From: Mayamaea pseudoterrestris
Taxonomy: Eukaryota
NCBI GenBank assembly: GCA_027923505.1
Contig: BROI01000002.1
Span: 2,418,001 to 2,482,000, forward strand
Direction: 5' to 3'
DNA: 64,000 nucleotides
Shown: positions 22,864-33,665 of the stretch, piece after piece
Layout: the number at the start of each line of letters is the position of its first letter
Position numbering within the stretch: position 1 is the first letter of the stretch
Translations under genes and position numbers: made by a program
The notes under the pieces: generated by a model
Databases searched by the model: none
What the model saw: the letters and a program-made list of their open reading frames with translations, nothing else
What the model was told of the DNA's origin: nothing

Positions 22864-24456
22864 ATGCAGGAACCTTCGTCTCTAGCTGATATCAGTGCTT
22901 GTTTGCTGAATGTAAGAGAAAGGCTCGCGGAGCAAGACGATCAAGGCGTGAATGATGCGCTCTCGCACCTCGATGCATCTGGATCGCCGCAATCTATTAT
23001 GGAACAACTGGCTCCGCATCTCTTTCGGTTAAACAAATCAAATGAAGAAATTTTCATGTCCAATCAAGAGTCTCTCTCAATTCTTAGTCTGTTGGTGTCT
23101 CATGATCCTTCTAAGTTCCTTCAACCAGCGTCGTTGGCAGTTCGAAAGGAAGCGGTTCGCATGGGATTGGCTGCCGATGAATTAATGATAGTTTCACCAG
23201 AATTATTGAGCGTCATGATCAATCAACTGAGCAGTGACTTGACGGGTGTATCTAGTCAAGCCGATGAAACGCTGGTGGCCTGCTGTCGCAAACTCGGGGT
23301 GGAACGTTTGGGAAACGCTGCTCTACAGATGCTGGTTCAAGCCTGGCGAGGCGCATGGAACGGAGTTGACCAAAATGGTAGCAACAATAGTAAACTGAAT
23401 GAGACAGAAGCGAGTACTATATGTGTCCGCTGTGCCAGCTGTATTGCGGATATTGCGACAATGGGAGATGACTTTATGAGAGCAGCTGCTGCGAATGGGG
23501 CTTTGACAATCATTTTGCAGATGCTTGGTGATGAAGACGATGTTTTGCTGGCAATGGCTAGCTTGGATATAATAGAAAAGATGGTCACGACGCGACCTAT
23601 GCATGACGAGCGAGCTCATTGGTTGTACTCAAAGGCAGTTCTGCTTCCATTGTTGGAAATGGCTGGGTCGGAAGCTGAACCCGATCCAGTGTTGGGTGGG
23701 CCGGCACTTCGCGTTTTATCGCAACTCTGCAAACTTGGCCACAGTGACTCGAATTTGTTCAGCCAAGCTGGTGATTTTCTGCTCAAAGGCTTTCATCAGG
23801 CTTTGCATAACTTTGATGTTTCAAACGAGCTCGACCGTCTTGCGAAAATTGATGCCATTTCAAGCTTTGCCAGCGGTTCACCTGATGCGCTTCAGATTGT
23901 CTTGGACGATGCGGTGACGCGTCGAGATTGGTTGTCTCTTTCAGTGGCGCAGTCAAAGCTAAAGGCTGTTGTTTTGCATTCTATTGCCATGGTTTTGGAC
24001 CCGGCGATAGAGGTTGATGCGAATGGAGACACCATCACTTCGGCCAACATTACGACTGCGAGGATTGCTGACGATGACAGCGGACGAAGGCTGTATTTCA
24101 CCTTTGGTCAGGTGAATAGTGAGGAGCCAACTAAGCTGATATTAACGTTGGCGCGATCTCCGTTACCAGAGCTTCGGCTCGGAGCATATGCCTTATTTAC
24201 GGCTGTAGCCAAACTCGCTCAAGGTCCGCAGATTTTGCTAAGCGATGCTCATTTTCTTGAATTTCTCTTGTCGCGACCTTCTCATGAAACTATAAAGGAA
24301 GGGCGGGAAGCCAAGTACCAGCTTGTCCAGACAATTTATGACAGCAGTGCGAAAGGCTTGCTGGCTGACAAAATTGTGCAGCAGATTGACAAATATCTTC
24401 GCCAAGGTCCTCACTTTATTGAGACTGAAACGTGGGAAGTGGCGACGGAAGGCTAG
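22864..24456 (+). CDS. PSMD5: 26S proteasome assembly chaperone S5b/Hsm3 (PSMD5-like), ARM/HEAT-like helical protein
   Basis: Intronless Leu-rich helical ORF, first ATG at 22864. C-terminus KEGREAKY...YLRQGPHF..EVATEG resembles the PSMD5 C-terminal motif. Confidence 0.7.
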   Translation: MQEPSSLADISACLLNVRERLAEQDDQGVNDALSHLDASGSPQSIMEQLAPHLFRLNKSNEEIFMSNQESLSILSLLVSHDPSKFLQPASLAVRKEAVRMGLAADELMIVSPELLSVMINQLSSDLTGVSSQADETLVACCRKLGVERLGNAALQMLVQAWRGAWNGVDQNGSNNSKLNETEASTICVRCASCIADIATMGDDFMRAAAANGALTIILQMLGDEDDVLLAMASLDIIEKMVTTRPMHDERAHWLYSKAVLLPLLEMAGSEAEPDPVLGGPALRVLSQLCKLGHSDSNLFSQAGDFLLKGFHQALHNFDVSNELDRLAKIDAISSFASGSPDALQIVLDDAVTRRDWLSLSVAQSKLKAVVLHSIAMVLDPAIEVDANGDTITSANITTARIADDDSGRRLYFTFGQVNSEEPTKLILTLARSPLPELRLGAYALFTAVAKLAQGPQILLSDAHFLEFLLSRPSHETIKEGREAKYQLVQTIYDSSAKGLLADKIVQQIDKYLRQGPHFIETETWEVATEG

Positions 24457-24528
24457 AATGACAAAGACTTTGTTGGCTATGACATAAAAGCCGATATTTT
24501 AACAAGTTAAATCCAATCCAGCTGTAGT

Positions 24529-26940
24529 TCAAATAAACTGCCGCCGCACGCGTATTTTATCGAGACCACACGTCAAAGCAGACTGAGTTGTCTTCAATGT
24601 GCTTGCCAAATCCTGTAGACGAACAAGACCCTCGTCGTCATCCTCGTCCATAGGGCCCCAAAGAACAGCCGTATCACCGACAGCAACAGATGCTCCAACA
24701 ACTTCTGAATCGTCTGCAGGGCCAAGTTCGATCATTAACAAATCCATGCACACATTCCCAACAACGGGATATACTGCGTTTCGGATCGCCACTTTGCCAA
24801 CGCCATTGCCCAATTCGCGAGGATATCCATCAGCAAACCCCACTGTCAACGTCGCAATTCGAACGTCAAAGGGGGCTGTATAGCCTCGGTCGTAGCCAAC
24901 ACTTTCGCCCTTTTTGATTATGGCAACGTGGCGAACCGATGCAACGAGCGTCGAAACAGCACGTAGCTGGCGAAAAGCCGGTCGCTGACCATACACAGCG
25001 CCACCAGTTCGAACATAACCACGCGTGCTCGCATGCGCTTGCGACAAAATCAAACTTGGGTCAAAATGCGTTAGCTCCTGCGTCAGCAGCGCAGCGCTAT
25101 TATCTGTACTGATCGTCGGAACAAAAATCTTTGCTTCGCGGACGCGCTTCAAGAGACATATGAAGCGATCGATCTGTGACTGCGTGTAATCCGACGTAGA
25201 TGATGCCTCTGCCATGTGCGTACACATGCCAAAAAACTCAATAGGAGCGTTTTTGTTAATTTCGCAGTCAACAAGCTCCTTAATTACGTCAACCGTGTCT
25301 TGTCTGTCATCGCCGTCCTTGACAGGTTCAGTCCGAAATCCAAGACGTCCCATGCCGGAATCGACCAACGCATGCCAGCGCAAAGCTCGCCGATCAACGA
25401 TTGCATTAATTCCGCCGCTAGCCAACCTTGGTCGTGTACCATCATTGACGACGGCCGCCCGATTTCGTGAAATCCTGGCCGCCTGTTCCACGCCAACAAA
25501 CGCTTGACATGTGCCAGGTGGACGAGGAACACCATTGGCAGCTGTCGATGCTGGTAGCTTTTGATCCGATGAACCTATCGAGTTCTCGCAAGAAGAGTTT
25601 ACAGTACTAATCGGTGTTGACTCAGCTTGTTTTGGCTGATTTTGGTTATGCTGCTGCAAGGCGTCACTAGATGCCTTTTGTATTAGCAAAGCCCTCACTT
25701 CCCGCGCCAAATCTTGTCCCGACACATTGCCCAATGTGGACGAATGAAAACGGGGTAGCTGTGCTTCCTGGGATGGAGTTCGCTTGTGGCCAACAAGTTG
25801 GTGCGAAACAAGCGAAAGGCCCTCATCTCCATTGTTTGGTGAAGGAGAGTCAGTCTTTTTTTCGTCGCCAGCAGAAGTCATGAAATCTCTCGGCAAGCTT
25901 GGATGGTAGAGTGCCTTGGCCTTTAACTCATTCGCGCTTCGCTCCACCTGCGTTCGCTTACGCTCATTCTCGTCCGCTACCCACGCAAATAGCGACTTGG
26001 CAACTTCTGGTCCTGATACCATGAGTTCGATATTGTAATGATAATAGTCATCAAAGCATCGTGGAAACCCAACCGGTGGCCCAAGTACAAGAATTCGAAT
26101 GCGCGTCGGCCGCATAATGCGTGCCGTTTCTTCTGGCGTCGCCGACTCCTGCGTACTCGACGCCTGTGAGCCAGAAAATGTTGCCGCGTTCCATGGATCC
26201 GGTCCATGAATCAAGTGCGGATCTTGTGTATGAAATGCTGATGCCAGCTGCTTGCTCCATCTGCCAGGAGGATTATTGTAGAATGCTTTTCTCAAAGCTA
26301 TGGCTTCCTCCAAAGTTGCCACGGCAAAGGCATCCGCCCCGCAAACATCCGCGAGATACAAGGCAGTCGCAATAGCTCCATGACCATAGCCATCCGCCTT
26401 GATAACGGTAATGACCGAACATTGCTGGCGATTGGCGGCAGCTTCCACGTGAGCGTAATTATGCTGCAAGGCTGACAAGCGAATGCGGTGAACGGCACGG
26501 TGGCTGTCGTCGTCTGGCGCCGGAGGGTTTTTCTCTCTCGCAATGACAACTTCCATTGGTCGATCGTTGAAACTTGATGCACTCGTAAAGTCTGATGGTG
26601 GTGGCGCTATGCCTTGTTCCTCCTGCACCGCTAAAGTTGTAGCCTGCTCGGAAGCAGTGCTTGAGGGCGAGTGCTTAAGTCCTCTTGTTTGGACTGTTTC
26701 TTCTCCCATGCTTTCGTGTCCTTTGCGAAGCCTGCTTGGACTAGTAGAACCAGTATGTCTCTCGATTCCTTTCCTTGATTGGCCTTCGAGGTTTGTTCGT
26801 CCTTCTTCGCGTGGTTTGACCTGTAGAGTCACCGCCATTGTCATGGAGGCGCGTCGAAGGATCATGAGGCGTGAGGGCAATAGTGGAAGTCCCGCGCCAA
26901 CACGACAACACGCTTTCAAAGCGCGAATGAAATGGTCCAT
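24529..26940 (-). CDS. alr: Alanine racemase (PLP fold type III) with long low-complexity insertions
   Basis: VIKADGYGHG (PLP lysine), AVATLEEA, DSGMGRLG, THMA, NSAA, GESVGYD, VGFADGYPR and VGNVCMD. The true start codon is uncertain. Confidence 0.9.
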   Translation of the reverse strand: MDHFIRALKACCRVGAGLPLLPSRLMILRRASMTMAVTLQVKPREEGRTNLEGQSRKGIERHTGSTSPSRLRKGHESMGEETVQTRGLKHSPSSTASEQATTLAVQEEQGIAPPPSDFTSASSFNDRPMEVVIAREKNPPAPDDDSHRAVHRIRLSALQHNYAHVEAAANRQQCSVITVIKADGYGHGAIATALYLADVCGADAFAVATLEEAIALRKAFYNNPPGRWSKQLASAFHTQDPHLIHGPDPWNAATFSGSQASSTQESATPEETARIMRPTRIRILVLGPPVGFPRCFDDYYHYNIELMVSGPEVAKSLFAWVADENERKRTQVERSANELKAKALYHPSLPRDFMTSAGDEKKTDSPSPNNGDEGLSLVSHQLVGHKRTPSQEAQLPRFHSSTLGNVSGQDLAREVRALLIQKASSDALQQHNQNQPKQAESTPISTVNSSCENSIGSSDQKLPASTAANGVPRPPGTCQAFVGVEQAARISRNRAAVVNDGTRPRLASGGINAIVDRRALRWHALVDSGMGRLGFRTEPVKDGDDRQDTVDVIKELVDCEINKNAPIEFFGMCTHMAEASSTSDYTQSQIDRFICLLKRVREAKIFVPTISTDNSAALLTQELTHFDPSLILSQAHASTRGYVRTGGAVYGQRPAFRQLRAVSTLVASVRHVAIIKKGESVGYDRGYTAPFDVRIATLTVGFADGYPRELGNGVGKVAIRNAVYPVVGNVCMDLLMIELGPADDSEVVGASVAVGDTAVLWGPMDEDDDEGLVRLQDLASTLKTTQSALTCGLDKIRVRRQFI

Positions 26941-26956
26941 TACTATCGTTTATGGT

Positions 26957-27113
26957 GTAGTCCAATAACTTTGAAAAAAATCAAAGTTATTGGCACTGTA
27001 GCATTTAGAGTAGTCCAAAAACTTTGAAAATCAAAGTTATTGGCACTGTGGATCAAACAGTAGTCCAAAAACTTTGATTTTCAAAGTAATTGGCACTGTG
27101 GTTTTTATAGTAG
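26957..27113. repeat. Three tandem ~50-bp units, each a hairpin, in the divergent alr/OSCA intergenic region
   Basis: GTAGTCC at 26957, 27010 and 27060. The first unit has perfect 13-bp arms CCAATAACTTTGA/TCAAAGTTATTGG. Confidence 0.9.
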
Positions 27114-27339
27114 ACTGACACGTCAGCCAACATTCAGAATGCGTCGCAAGATATTAGCCTTCTGATACCACTCTGACATGAAATGCGACGTACGCACCCT
27201 TGCTTGCTCACGAACTCCCAAGTCGTCTTTCGCGTTGGGCACGATGGTCGCGGCCCCGCAAACAGCAGCTTGTCTCAACGTCTTTTTTATCGGTTTGACT
27301 ACGGCATTTACAAAGTGAAGCAAAGAATCGTTGTCAGTC

Positions 27340-30300
27340 ATGGCGGCGCGATTCTTGAAGAGCGATTGGTCGTACTACTCGCTATTTGGAAACAACAGCA
27401 CCAACACGACAGACTGGGATTCGCAGCTCGTCGCTCCACAAGACGTTCCTGTCGATAGCGTTCTCACTTCAATTTATCTGAATAGCATCATTTGCGTCGT
27501 TGTCCTTGGTCTCTACGAAATTTTACGCAGATTACTACCGACAGTATACTCCTCCAAGGAACGACTCGACCGCACGGGGACGCAACGTCGGGAGCACCAT
27601 CCGCACTCGCAGCAAACGCCAGCAAAGGGATACTCGACTTACCACGACACTAGTCACAATCAACATAACAACAACCACCATCATGCTTCAGACAATGATA
27701 ATAATGACTTGTTACAGGAGTCGTTAACGTCGCTTCCAAACGACCGGCCCCTTGACTGGGTGTTTCCAGTCTTTGCCATTCCCTGGTCCAAGGTGCGGCG
27801 GATTGCCGGACTTGACGGCTACTTTTTCCTTCGCTACATTCGCATGAACGTTCGCATTACGGCAGTTTCAACATTTTGGTTTTTTGCCATACTAGTACCC
27901 GTCTACATGACGGGAAGTAATCCGTACGAGCAGCAGCAAGGCTGGTATTTAATGTCAGCAGCAAACATTCCATCGGCTGGTTGGAGAATATGGATTGCCA
28001 TTCTATTTGCCTACTTGTTTGCTGGATTTATATTCTTTGTCGTCAAGCAAGAGTACCGACACTTTTTGGAGGTTCGACAAGATTTCTTGGCGCGAGGCGC
28101 CCAACATGTTGACCCCCAACATCACTTTTCCATCATGGTGGAGCGCATACCTTATGAGTTACGCAGTGATCGGGCTTTGAAGGACTACTTTGATAAGCTA
28201 TTTCCGGGTAAGGTGCATTCGGCGAGTGTAGTTATGAAGCTACCGGACTTGGAGGAGGCATCGCAGCGATGTGTCAGAACGGTACGGCGCTTGGAAAAGA
28301 GCATTGCATATCTGTATGCAACTGGAAAGAGACCGACTCATATCGTTGGCCGGGGACGACTTAATGTGCTAGGCGTCGATTTGCAACCGATTGATTGGAG
28401 CTGCATTTGTGCGCCAGATCCTCCAATATATGTACAGGATGGACGATACGTCGAGCGACCAGAGCGGGGCACCCGAGTAGATAGTATTTCTTATTACACG
28501 CAGGAGCTTGCGGCCCACAGTCGCGAGCTATACAAGATGCAACAACGCAAGGCACAAATTGCAGAGTCGGGGAATATTGCCATCAAGGCAGATAATTGGA
28601 TGGAAAAGGCTTTTCGAAACTTTTCTTGGGTGCAAAATATCATCATGGCCGATTCTGCCTTGGCGAACGACCTTTTGGCACCGGAAGACCCATATTCGCA
28701 ATCATCGCCAGTGACACAGTCTCCTCGAGCAGAGCTTATGACATCTCGTTATGGAGCAATCAGTCCGTCGACACTGGAATCCGCAACGTCCTACGAATCG
28801 ATGGATGATGGACCTATTACACTTGTCAAGCAGGACAGTCAACTGGAGGAGCCCGAGTTCACGTCACCTTACGGAAAGTATAAGGAAGACGATGAACGCT
28901 CCACGTTTTGCAGGCGCTGGGCTGGACGAATGGGGCTTGATTTTGTTGTTTCGGGTATACATCTCATGAACAAGCAAATCGATGTCGCCTTGGAGGGTGT
29001 GATTGGCGCGACCATGTCGTCGACCGGCTTTGTAACATTCCATGACCTTTCCTCAACCACCATCGCCGCATCAGCTCCTTTGTCAGTAAAGACTAGCGTA
29101 CTGAGTGTCCGGGTAGCACCAGAGCCTCGGGACATCCGCTGGCAAAATGCCGATGTGTCAAAAACCACGCAGCAGCGACGCGAGCAAATTGTCAATTTCT
29201 TCTTGTTCTTGGGTGTCATTCTCTGGAGTTTTCCTCTGGCGGCGATTCAGGCATTTGCCAAGGCCAAGTATCTGGTGCAGGTTCCGGGCTTGGAGTGGAT
29301 TGACACGATTCATGGTGGTGAATTTAGTCAATTTGTCAATGGCTACCTTCCAGTTGTCGCCCTCCTTGCTCTGATCATGATACTACCAGTGATCTTTGAA
29401 TATGTTGCAGTCAATTTTGAGCACCGAAAAACTTACTCTGACATACAGGCATCAATGCTGGGTCGCTACTTCTACTATCAGCTTGCAAATGTGTATGTTT
29501 CCGTGACGGCTGGTTCGATCGCCAAAGTTCTCGCATCTTTAATAGACCGCCCGTCTAGTTTTCTGGAACTACTGGGTCAATCGCTGCCACAAATGGCCGG
29601 CTACTTTATTGCTCTTTTGGTGACAAAAACTTTGGCGGGTCTGCCAATGATTTTTATCCGGTTTGGGGCGCTCGGGCGAATGCTATTCCTGAAACTTTTA
29701 TCCAACGAGAAGAAACTGACACAGCGCGAATTGGGTATGTACATAGTTGAGACAAACACAATCTTTCTGTTGCTGTCGTCAATACTAACAAATCATCGTG
29801 TTGATGCTAGACGCTGTCTACCGGCTGGAAAACGTACAATACGGATGGGAGTTTCCCACTCAATTGCTGGTTGTCGTGATTGTCTTTACCTATGCCGTCA
29901 TATGGTGCGTGATTAGCAGCAATGTATGTGTGTTTTAAAAATGTATGGCCGCATTCTAACTTTCTTTTCCATTCGTATCAGTCCTATCATTTTGCCCTTT
30001 GGCTTAATCTACTTTCTTGGGGCATTGACCGTCTATAAGAAGCAGGTACTCTACGTTTACTCGCCTGTTTTTGAATCAGGCGGCGCCATGTTTCCAACGG
30101 CTCTGCAGCGAACACTTTTTGGTTTGGTATGTGGCCAAGTGACACTTTTTGGGTACATGATTACAAAAGGTGCTCGCTTCCAGTTGTTTGCCTTGATTCC
30201 CTTGATTGTAACGAGCATATGCGCTATGAACTATTTTGAAAGAAAATATGCTGCGCCTAGCAAACTGCTGTCTTTGGAGCGAGCTAGGGAGTATGATCGG

Positions 30301-30552
30301 TTGATCGTGCTGGAAGAAGAGGTTCACCATGGTGCCGCTGACTTGACTGACTTGACGGGACGACGACGAAAGTTTGATAAAGACGCTTATCGTCAGCCAG
30401 TACTGACAGAGCTCGCTACCGAGCCTTTGTCGTATCGGAAGGGACTACAAGATCCCGAAACACAGAAGGTGTGCGACCAGCTTCGAAGGATAAACTTTTC
30501 GCAAGTGAACGACGAGAATGCTGCCGAACCAGGATTCATTTCGCCATTTTGA
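27340..30552 (+). CDS. OSCA/TMEM63 (CSC1/ERD4 family) mechanosensitive cation channel; introns 29735-29810 and 29905-29981
   Basis: GLDGYFFLRY, TGFVTF, APEPRDIRW, FESGGAMFP and many TM helices. The GT-AG introns restore the frame (ELDAVYR..., YAVICPIILPFG). Confidence 0.92.
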
Positions 30553-31319
30553 CACAGTTGATATGTATACAAAGGCATCGAATTGATTGTATATACGCCC
30601 TTATTCATCTTCAAAGCTTTATAAAGATCACCACTGCATTCTGTTAGTATGCTGGGCACATATAAAGCCGCATAGGCTGCTGCGTAGAAAGTCGACTACT
30701 ACGAAGTAAATCATTGAGTAATTATTACAGGCTGATGTCTTTACGTGCACATTACCCTTCCGGTGAGGCACATGGCCACCAACTGGATTTCATCATGGGC
30801 ATCATGATGAAGTTCATCCGAATGACCAAGCATGCCCAACTGCGCAATGTTCTTCAGATTAGGCTTGGACAGACCGTTACTGAACAATCGAGCTGAAATA
30901 ATAACGGTCTGTCCAAGCACTCGCGCCGCACCTATCACCAGAGAAGCCAATGGACGTGCGCCATATTGTTAGGGAAGAGTGGGTTGATGAGAGCGAGCTC
31001 ATTGCATGAAACACTGCTCACCGTTGATGATTCTCTGTGGCAACCCATCTTGTTCGTACAGCAATTGCTCGACAAGATCTTGGAACTCTGACATCATTCA
31101 TGAGGCTGCTTTACAAGATGGTACGCCTGCCTTAGCGTAGCGCGAGAGAAATGTAAGTATAGGTTGTTGCGATGACAATTGTAAATCTTCGCTAGCGCAG
31201 TGAAATAAATTGCCGCTGTTTATCGCTACGACTCGGACAGCTAGCTGAATAAGAGCACGGAATGATAATTACGAGGTTCTACAGTTAAGTTTATCCAGCG
31301 GCGCATCGCTTGTAACGCA

Positions 31320-32183
31320 TCACGCAGCCTTCTTCTCCTGCATGCTGGAGCTATAAAGCTTGTCGGTATTTTTCTTGTAGGCAAAGTATTGAATAGTCGC
31401 AAGTGTATTAAGGCCAGCCGATAGCAACAATCCCGTCAGCATGGGAATGTCAAAGCCAACCTCAACAATTGTTGTTCCGATACGAGCCAAGCTCCCGAGC
31501 AGATTGGAGCCCGTCGTTCTTTGTACGCACGAACAGGAATAATGATGAGATGCGCAGCACAACATATAATAACATTGCGCCACACTGCATAATTACATGA
31601 TGGACTGCGCTCCCGTGTGCTTGACTTTTTGCGTCTCCAAAATCTGAGCACCTCTCGAATATACCATAATCGGCCAAATGGAGGCCAGGAGGATGTATCG
31701 ATAGTTGTCGGGAAGGAGCTTGGTGACAAGGACGAAATAAGTAGTGGCACCAACCAAGGCCGTCACCTTCTCGTCCACTGTCACATTGGAGAAATGCCAA
31801 GCTAGCAGTAAGACTCCGACAGATTGTATCGAAAGCGCAATATTCTCTCCATAAGCTGTCATTGGCATGTTTGTGAGGTAGCCATACGCTGCAGCATTGA
31901 CTTTGATAAGTATGTCGCCGTAAAGAAAAGTCTTCGACAGTCCCGAGGCGCTCTTGGACTTGTAAAGATTCATCATTACTGGAATTTGATTGAGACACGA
32001 GCCAAGAATGATCACCACGCCAAGAAGCTTTGAAACGAGTTGCGTCCAGCATGCTCCATTCATAATGGGGAACGACTTTGCACAAAAGTCTGCCGACGAA
32101 GTGCCAGTATTCTCGTGGTCGGAGCTGCCCCAAATCCATTCAGCCACGGCGGCTGTCCACGAAGGTTTAGTGATTTCTTCCAT
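31320..32183 (-). CDS. MPDU1: Mannose-P-dolichol utilization defect 1 (PQ-loop membrane protein); intron 31519-31596
   Basis: SKLLGVVIILGS, KSASGLS, AYGE, HTGAQS and GSLARIGTT match the MPDU1 pattern; splicing gives SIITTG. Confidence 0.82.
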
Positions 32184-32759
32184 CCTTGTTAGACTTTTAT
32201 CGAAACTGGTCAACTTTCAAATAGGCTGATCGGCAAAGTTGCGTAGGTAAGTGTGACCGCAGCGTACTGGATCATCGATCGTCGTCCATCGTCCACTGTT
32301 TTGCTGATTTGTCACCCTTTCACAATCTGTCACATTGTCACAGCGGTTTTAATTACGACATCATGTCGTAGTGCAAAAAATAATGGAGCGCTGACTCGAT
32401 CGCATCGCGTTTCTTTGGCCGACAGTTTAGACAAGTTCATGCTAACATGAGATCCTGTTGACTTTCATACCAGTGCTACCAAGTACCGTACAGAACATCA
32501 CTGACCAAAACTAGACGCCTGCTTCACCGCCTACTACTTCGATTTTCGTAGCAGCAAAATGCAATCGACTGCTCGACTGTTCGCCCCCACCATTACCTTT
32601 TTGTCGCCATGTACTGTAGCTGCTGCTCGAGCTTGTGAGAAACTTGAACAATGGACAGCTTTTGCTCGAGTGAACGAACCTAAGATTCGAAGGGAATGGG
32701 GTGTCACATGGGAAATTCATTCTCTTTGCTGCTCGCTGACGGGGACAACAATTCAGTAC

Positions 32760-33575
32760 ATGGCATCCTCAAGATCCTCGTCGACGAAATCCGGTCAGCA
32801 ATCGCTCATATCTGTGCAAGACATTCATGAAAGTCATCTCAATAAGCAGGAGCAACTGTTCCAATTGCTTTGTGAAACGAAAAGTTCGGCAAGACTTTTG
32901 GTCGCAGACATTTTACGTCGGTCCATTTCGCCTCAGACGTTGCTGGGGTCCAGTTTGACGCCAGTAGTGCAAGTGCAGGAGAGCCTAACTAGCGATCACG
33001 TTGACTCGAGCAAGCCTATATTCATGGACGGTGTTCTCAAGGAAATGACACTTCCCTTCTTTATTGCCGACCGAGACACTTCCGAGCAGCTTGCGACGCT
33101 TCCGCGTCTGACCACTGGCCTTTATCGCTTCTGTAATGGTCTTGCTATACGTCCACTACTCGCATCGCAGGAGGATCATGCACTTCCTCCTCCGTCACTC
33201 ATCTTCCACACCACAAAGTGCACTTTAAACGATGAGTTCGACCCAACTGCTATCGTTACCAAAATCGGTTGCTCGGGCACGAATCCCAATGGCCAAGCAA
33301 TGGTTCGGCACGGCGATACGCGCGGCATTGACGTTCGCTTCTGCGCAAGTTCCATTCACTCATCCATGTTTTGCGAGGCACAGGAATCCTTGCTAGCCTC
33401 GAGCTTGAAGGATCTGCAGTCGACAAGTGTTTTGCAAAGTACGGGGCAGGCCGATCCGAAGACGTTGCAAGCGGATTGTTGGGTTGAGTTTCGGGCAAAT
33501 ATGAAGAGGCCCATGGGTTTCGTCAAAAAGACTCAGTCAAAGATTGCTAAAGCACCAAGCTTGCCGTATGAATAG
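32760..33575 (+). CDS. Hypothetical protein (start uncertain; ORF open from 32559)
   Basis: Long ORF between two genes; no recognisable motif. Confidence 0.55.
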   Translation: MASSRSSSTKSGQQSLISVQDIHESHLNKQEQLFQLLCETKSSARLLVADILRRSISPQTLLGSSLTPVVQVQESLTSDHVDSSKPIFMDGVLKEMTLPFFIADRDTSEQLATLPRLTTGLYRFCNGLAIRPLLASQEDHALPPPSLIFHTTKCTLNDEFDPTAIVTKIGCSGTNPNGQAMVRHGDTRGIDVRFCASSIHSSMFCEAQESLLASSLKDLQSTSVLQSTGQADPKTLQADCWVEFRANMKRPMGFVKKTQSKIAKAPSLPYE

Positions 33576-33665
33576 AAATAAATATAATGCCGATTGCATT
33601 TATTTACTTTGGTTGAAAAATTCAATCAACAGGGCAGTGATATAATACAGTCAAGTGATCTTATG

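Noticed and set aside
26957..27113. Mini-CRISPR array
   Set aside because: Linkers are only ~10 bp and there are three units; better explained as a hairpin minisatellite or MITE.
30660..31300. Short ORFs between OSCA and MPDU1
   Set aside because: 60-69 aa with no motif or clear splice structure; not supportable as a gene.
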